Below are positions 60,947 through 64,000 of a stretch of DNA of 64,000 bases, one piece after another; the first letter of the stretch is position 1; each line of letters opens with the position of its first letter. The notes below the pieces were generated by a model. That model saw nothing but the letters and a program-made list of their open reading frames with translations, had not been told where the DNA came from and did no database searches. The stretch spans positions 6,261 through 70,260 of the forward strand of contig JBBRAW010000002.1 of assembly GCA_038206385.1 (NCBI GenBank), given 5' to 3'. Both the position numbers and the translations under genes were made by a program. Source of the stretch: Bacteroidia bacterium (lineage in GTDB: Bacteria > Bacteroidota > Bacteroidia > AKYH767-A > OLB10).

Positions 60947-62722
60947 ATGAACGTTACCCGATTGTTCGATCTTCTCGATCATTACCGCGAAAATTATCCT
61001 GATAAGACAGATGCCTTTGCCAATAAGATCAATGGTGAATGGAAATCCTATTCTGCTAAATATTTTATTGAGCAAACAGAACTAGTAAGTTATGGACTAA
61101 TTGCTATAGGTCTTGAAAAAGGACAAACTATTGCAACGCTAAGTAATAATCGCCCTGAATGGAATTTTCTTGATCTCGGTATGATGCAAGTAGGAGGTAT
61201 TCACGTGCCAATATATCCAACCATCGCGGAAGCTGATTTGAAATTTATTCTTGAAGATGCTGAAGTGAAATATATTTTTGTTTCAGATGAAATTTTATGG
61301 AATAAAGTGAATACTGTTGCAAAAGATTTGCCTAATGTTAAAGGTGTTTTTTCTTTTGATGTTTTACCAGAGAAAGCAAATTGGTCGGAAATTTTAGAGA
61401 AGGGAAAACAAGCACCTGCTCCTGATAAAGTTGCAAGCATAAGAGCTGGAATCGGTGCAAACGATATGGCTACTATTTTGTATACAAGTGGAACTACTGG
61501 TGTTCCGAAAGGAGTAATGTTATCACATAATAATATTATTAGCCAAATAATTGCTGCAACACATTTGGCACCTGTGAATGAGAATAGTCGTGCGTTAAGT
61601 TTTCTCCCATTGAATCATGTTTATGAGCGAACCCTTTCTTATTTGTATATGTCGAAAGGGGTGTCAATTTATTATGCAGAAAGTATTGAAAAAGTTGCTG
61701 ATAATTTAAAAGAAGTTAAGCCTGAAATTTTTGGATGCGTTCCGCGTTTATTCGAAAAAGTATATGATCGAATCGTTGCGAAAGGAGGTGAGCTAAGTGG
61801 AATTAAAAAGAAATTATTTTTCTGGGCATTGGAGCTCGGATTAAAGTATGAAATAGATGGAGCAAATGGTTCATGGTATGAATTCAAATTAAAAATAGCA
61901 CGAAAATTAATTTTCAGCAAATGGCAAGAAGCATTAGGTGGAAATGTGAAGGCCGCCATTTCAGGAGGTGCTGCATTACAACAACGATTAGCACGTGTTT
62001 TTTGGGCTGCAGAAATTCCTATTCTTGAAGGGTATGGATTAACAGAAACTAGCCCCGTGGTTGCAGTAAATACATTAGACCCCGGCGGATTAAAATTTGG
62101 AACTGTTGGTAAATTATTAAATAACGTTACAGTAAAGATTGCAGAGGATGGGGAGATACTTTGCAAAGGTCCGAATTTGATGTTGGGATATTATAAACGA
62201 CCTGATCTAACGGCTGAAGTAATTGATGTTGATGGTTGGTTTCACACTGGTGATATTGGAATGTTTGAAGATGGTGTTTATCTTAAAATCACAGATCGCA
62301 AAAAAGAAATTTTTAAAACATCAGGAGGAAAATATATTGTTCCGCAATACATCGAAAATAAATTAAAGGAATCAAGATTTATTGAACAGGTGATGGTGGT
62401 TGGAGAGAACCAAAAGTTTCCTGCGGCTCTCATTGTTCCCGCATTTCCATTTTTAAAAGAATGGTGTAATCGGAAGGGAATTGAAATGCCGGATTCTAAT
62501 ATTAAATTAATTGCAAACGATCAGGTGAAAACACGCATGATGGAAGAAGTGGACGAAGTAAATAAATCTCTATCACATTATGAAGCGATCAAAAAAATTG
62601 AGCTTTTACCTCGTGAATGGACGATTGAAAATGGCGAACTAACTCCCAAATTAAGTTTAAAGAGAAGAGTAATTTTAGAGGCTAATAAAAATTTATTGGA
62701 TAGGATTTATAGAGAATTATAA
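60947..62722 (+). CDS. Long-chain fatty acid-CoA ligase
   Basis: YTSGTTGVPKG, EGYGLTE, WFHTGDIG and ITDRKK; -7 TATATTTG at 60913-60920. Confidence 0.93.
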   Translation: MNVTRLFDLLDHYRENYPDKTDAFANKINGEWKSYSAKYFIEQTELVSYGLIAIGLEKGQTIATLSNNRPEWNFLDLGMMQVGGIHVPIYPTIAEADLKFILEDAEVKYIFVSDEILWNKVNTVAKDLPNVKGVFSFDVLPEKANWSEILEKGKQAPAPDKVASIRAGIGANDMATILYTSGTTGVPKGVMLSHNNIISQIIAATHLAPVNENSRALSFLPLNHVYERTLSYLYMSKGVSIYYAESIEKVADNLKEVKPEIFGCVPRLFEKVYDRIVAKGGELSGIKKKLFFWALELGLKYEIDGANGSWYEFKLKIARKLIFSKWQEALGGNVKAAISGGAALQQRLARVFWAAEIPILEGYGLTETSPVVAVNTLDPGGLKFGTVGKLLNNVTVKIAEDGEILCKGPNLMLGYYKRPDLTAEVIDVDGWFHTGDIGMFEDGVYLKITDRKKEIFKTSGGKYIVPQYIENKLKESRFIEQVMVVGENQKFPAALIVPAFPFLKEWCNRKGIEMPDSNIKLIANDQVKTRMMEEVDEVNKSLSHYEAIKKIELLPREWTIENGELTPKLSLKRRVILEANKNLLDRIYREL

Positions 62723-62790
62723 GTTTATGTTTACTTCTATAAATTCTTAAATCTTCAAAGTAAAGTTGGATATCGTCAATTCGATTTCCT

Positions 62791-63372
62791 TTAATTACGA
62801 ATCGTGTATTTCAAATTATTTAACTCACCATTAAAAAGCAAAGAATCCTGATTTGAATTTATGTCGAGTAAATTAGAATTAAACAGACAATTTATAGTTT
62901 TGTTTATTGTGTCATTAGAAACAATCTCCACATACCCATTTTTTGTTCCAATGCTAGAGTATCCGTAGGGTAAAGTATACCAATCAAAAATTCCTCCATC
63001 ACAAATTCGATTCGGAATCACCCCAATACAAACATTACAGCCACTATCCTCAGTGCATGTCATGAAGCTTTTAGTAGTAATGCCGTTTTTAGGTGGATTT
63101 TGAAATGACCAATTATTTACAATAAGTCTTAATTTATTATTTCCACTAAAAAGATTAATTAATAGTCTTCGCTCTGTATACCCATTAACAAAATTTATAG
63201 AAGTATCTAAAACAGCTATCACGGAATCAATAGGCACATTAATTTGATTAATAGTTAACCGCCCATTAATTTGAACTAAGGAATTATTTTCGTCTTTTTT
63301 ACAAGAACTAAAAACTAAAACAACAAGAAAAACCACAACACAAATAAAATTTAAGTTGCATGATCTGCGCAT
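62791..63372 (-). CDS. Hypothetical lipoprotein
   Basis: Lipobox FSSC followed by KKDE, like Bacteroidota lipoprotein export signals. Confidence 0.7.
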   Translation of the reverse strand: MRRSCNLNFICVVVFLVVLVFSSCKKDENNSLVQINGRLTINQINVPIDSVIAVLDTSINFVNGYTERRLLINLFSGNNKLRLIVNNWSFQNPPKNGITTKSFMTCTEDSGCNVCIGVIPNRICDGGIFDWYTLPYGYSSIGTKNGYVEIVSNDTINKTINCLFNSNLLDINSNQDSLLFNGELNNLKYTIRN

Positions 63373-63378
63373 ATTTTT

Positions 63379-64000
63379 TTAGATATTTCCTTGTCCTAAT
63401 AATACAATTGGATTTTCTAAAAGTGCTTTAAATGTATTCAAGAATTTTGCTCCAACAACTCCATCAACAACACGATGATCACAACTAAGCGTTACTTTCA
63501 TTACGTTACCTGGTTGTACCATTCCATTTTTTACAACTGGAATTTGTTTGATTGCTCCAATAGCTAAAATACAAGCATCTGGAGTATTGATGATCGCAGT
63601 AAATTCTTCAATGTTAAACATTCCCAAGTTAGAGATGGTAAATGTGTTGCCTTCCCAATCTTGTGGTTGAAGTTTTTTATCTTTTGCTTTTTGTGCGAAT
63701 GATTTAACTTCTGTTGCAATTTGCGATAATGTTTTAGTGTCAGCATAACGAACAACAGGAACTAATAATCCATCTTCAACAGCAACTGCAATACCTATAT
63801 TAATATGATGGTTGATTCGAATCCTGTCGCCAAGCCATGATGAATTAACCGCAGGATGCTGACGTAAGGAGGATGCAACTGCTTTTACAACAAAATCATT
63901 AAACGATATTTTTACAGAAGTAATTTGATTAATACTTTCACGTGCATGCATCACTTCATCCATGTCGATATCCATGGTGAGATAAAAATGTGGCGCGGTA
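63379..64000 (-). CDS. pdhC: Pyruvate dehydrogenase E2 (dihydrolipoamide acetyltransferase), 3' part; gene starts beyond the window
   Basis: Frame open to the window edge (TAPHFYLTMDIDM); FTISNLGM and SCDHRVVDG catalytic motif. Confidence 0.92.
   Translation of the reverse strand, partial: TAPHFYLTMDIDMDEVMHARESINQITSVKISFNDFVVKAVASSLRQHPAVNSSWLGDRIRINHHINIGIAVAVEDGLLVPVVRYADTKTLSQIATEVKSFAQKAKDKKLQPQDWEGNTFTISNLGMFNIEEFTAIINTPDACILAIGAIKQIPVVKNGMVQPGNVMKVTLSCDHRVVDGVVGAKFLNTFKALLENPIVLLGQGNI

Noticed and set aside
2036-63755. Numerous 60-164 aa ORFs antisense to or out of frame within long genes
   Set aside because: They overlap well-supported CDSs and have no recognisable motifs; treated as shadow ORFs.

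Overview
AT-rich chromosomal window from a Bacteroidota genome, judged from TAnnTTTG -7 promoters, gene families and gene order. It is mostly housekeeping. In order: a nucleotide-sugar cluster (rmlB partial, galE, Wbp-type diacetamido-uronic acid pathway, UDP-xylose synthase, ugd), a beta-barrel gene plus waaA, purH-mreBCD-mrdA-rodA, a two-component system with a TolC/MFP/CzcA-CusA efflux pump, lysC-lysA with a divergent ACT-domain protein, a TonB-dependent receptor plus a DUF5689-like lipoprotein, sixA/Lys-rich protein/ppk1/ppx, sprT-feoB-feoA, ade, csp, recG, purL, two paralogous polytopic membrane proteins, permease/SDR/amidohydrolase, a thioredoxin-like protein, a JmjC protein, nitronate monooxygenase, acyl-CoA ligase and a partial pdhC. 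I saw no tRNA, rRNA, CRISPR array or transposase. The most unusual signal is non-coding: two large gaps between convergent genes (about 10.2-10.9 kb and 38.2-38.8 kb) each carry a diverged copy of the same ~185-nt structured element. It has long covarying stems, a conserved loop core, and a 3' pseudoknot whose U-rich loop matches an 8-triple U.A-U/C.G-C helix. One copy has its 3' tail expanded in tandem about 3.2 times. Also found: an uncalled 43-aa Cys-motif lipoprotein upstream of feoAB, a histone-H1-like gene directly before ppk1, and several candidate operator arrays. All structures were paired by eye; no folding program or database search was run.
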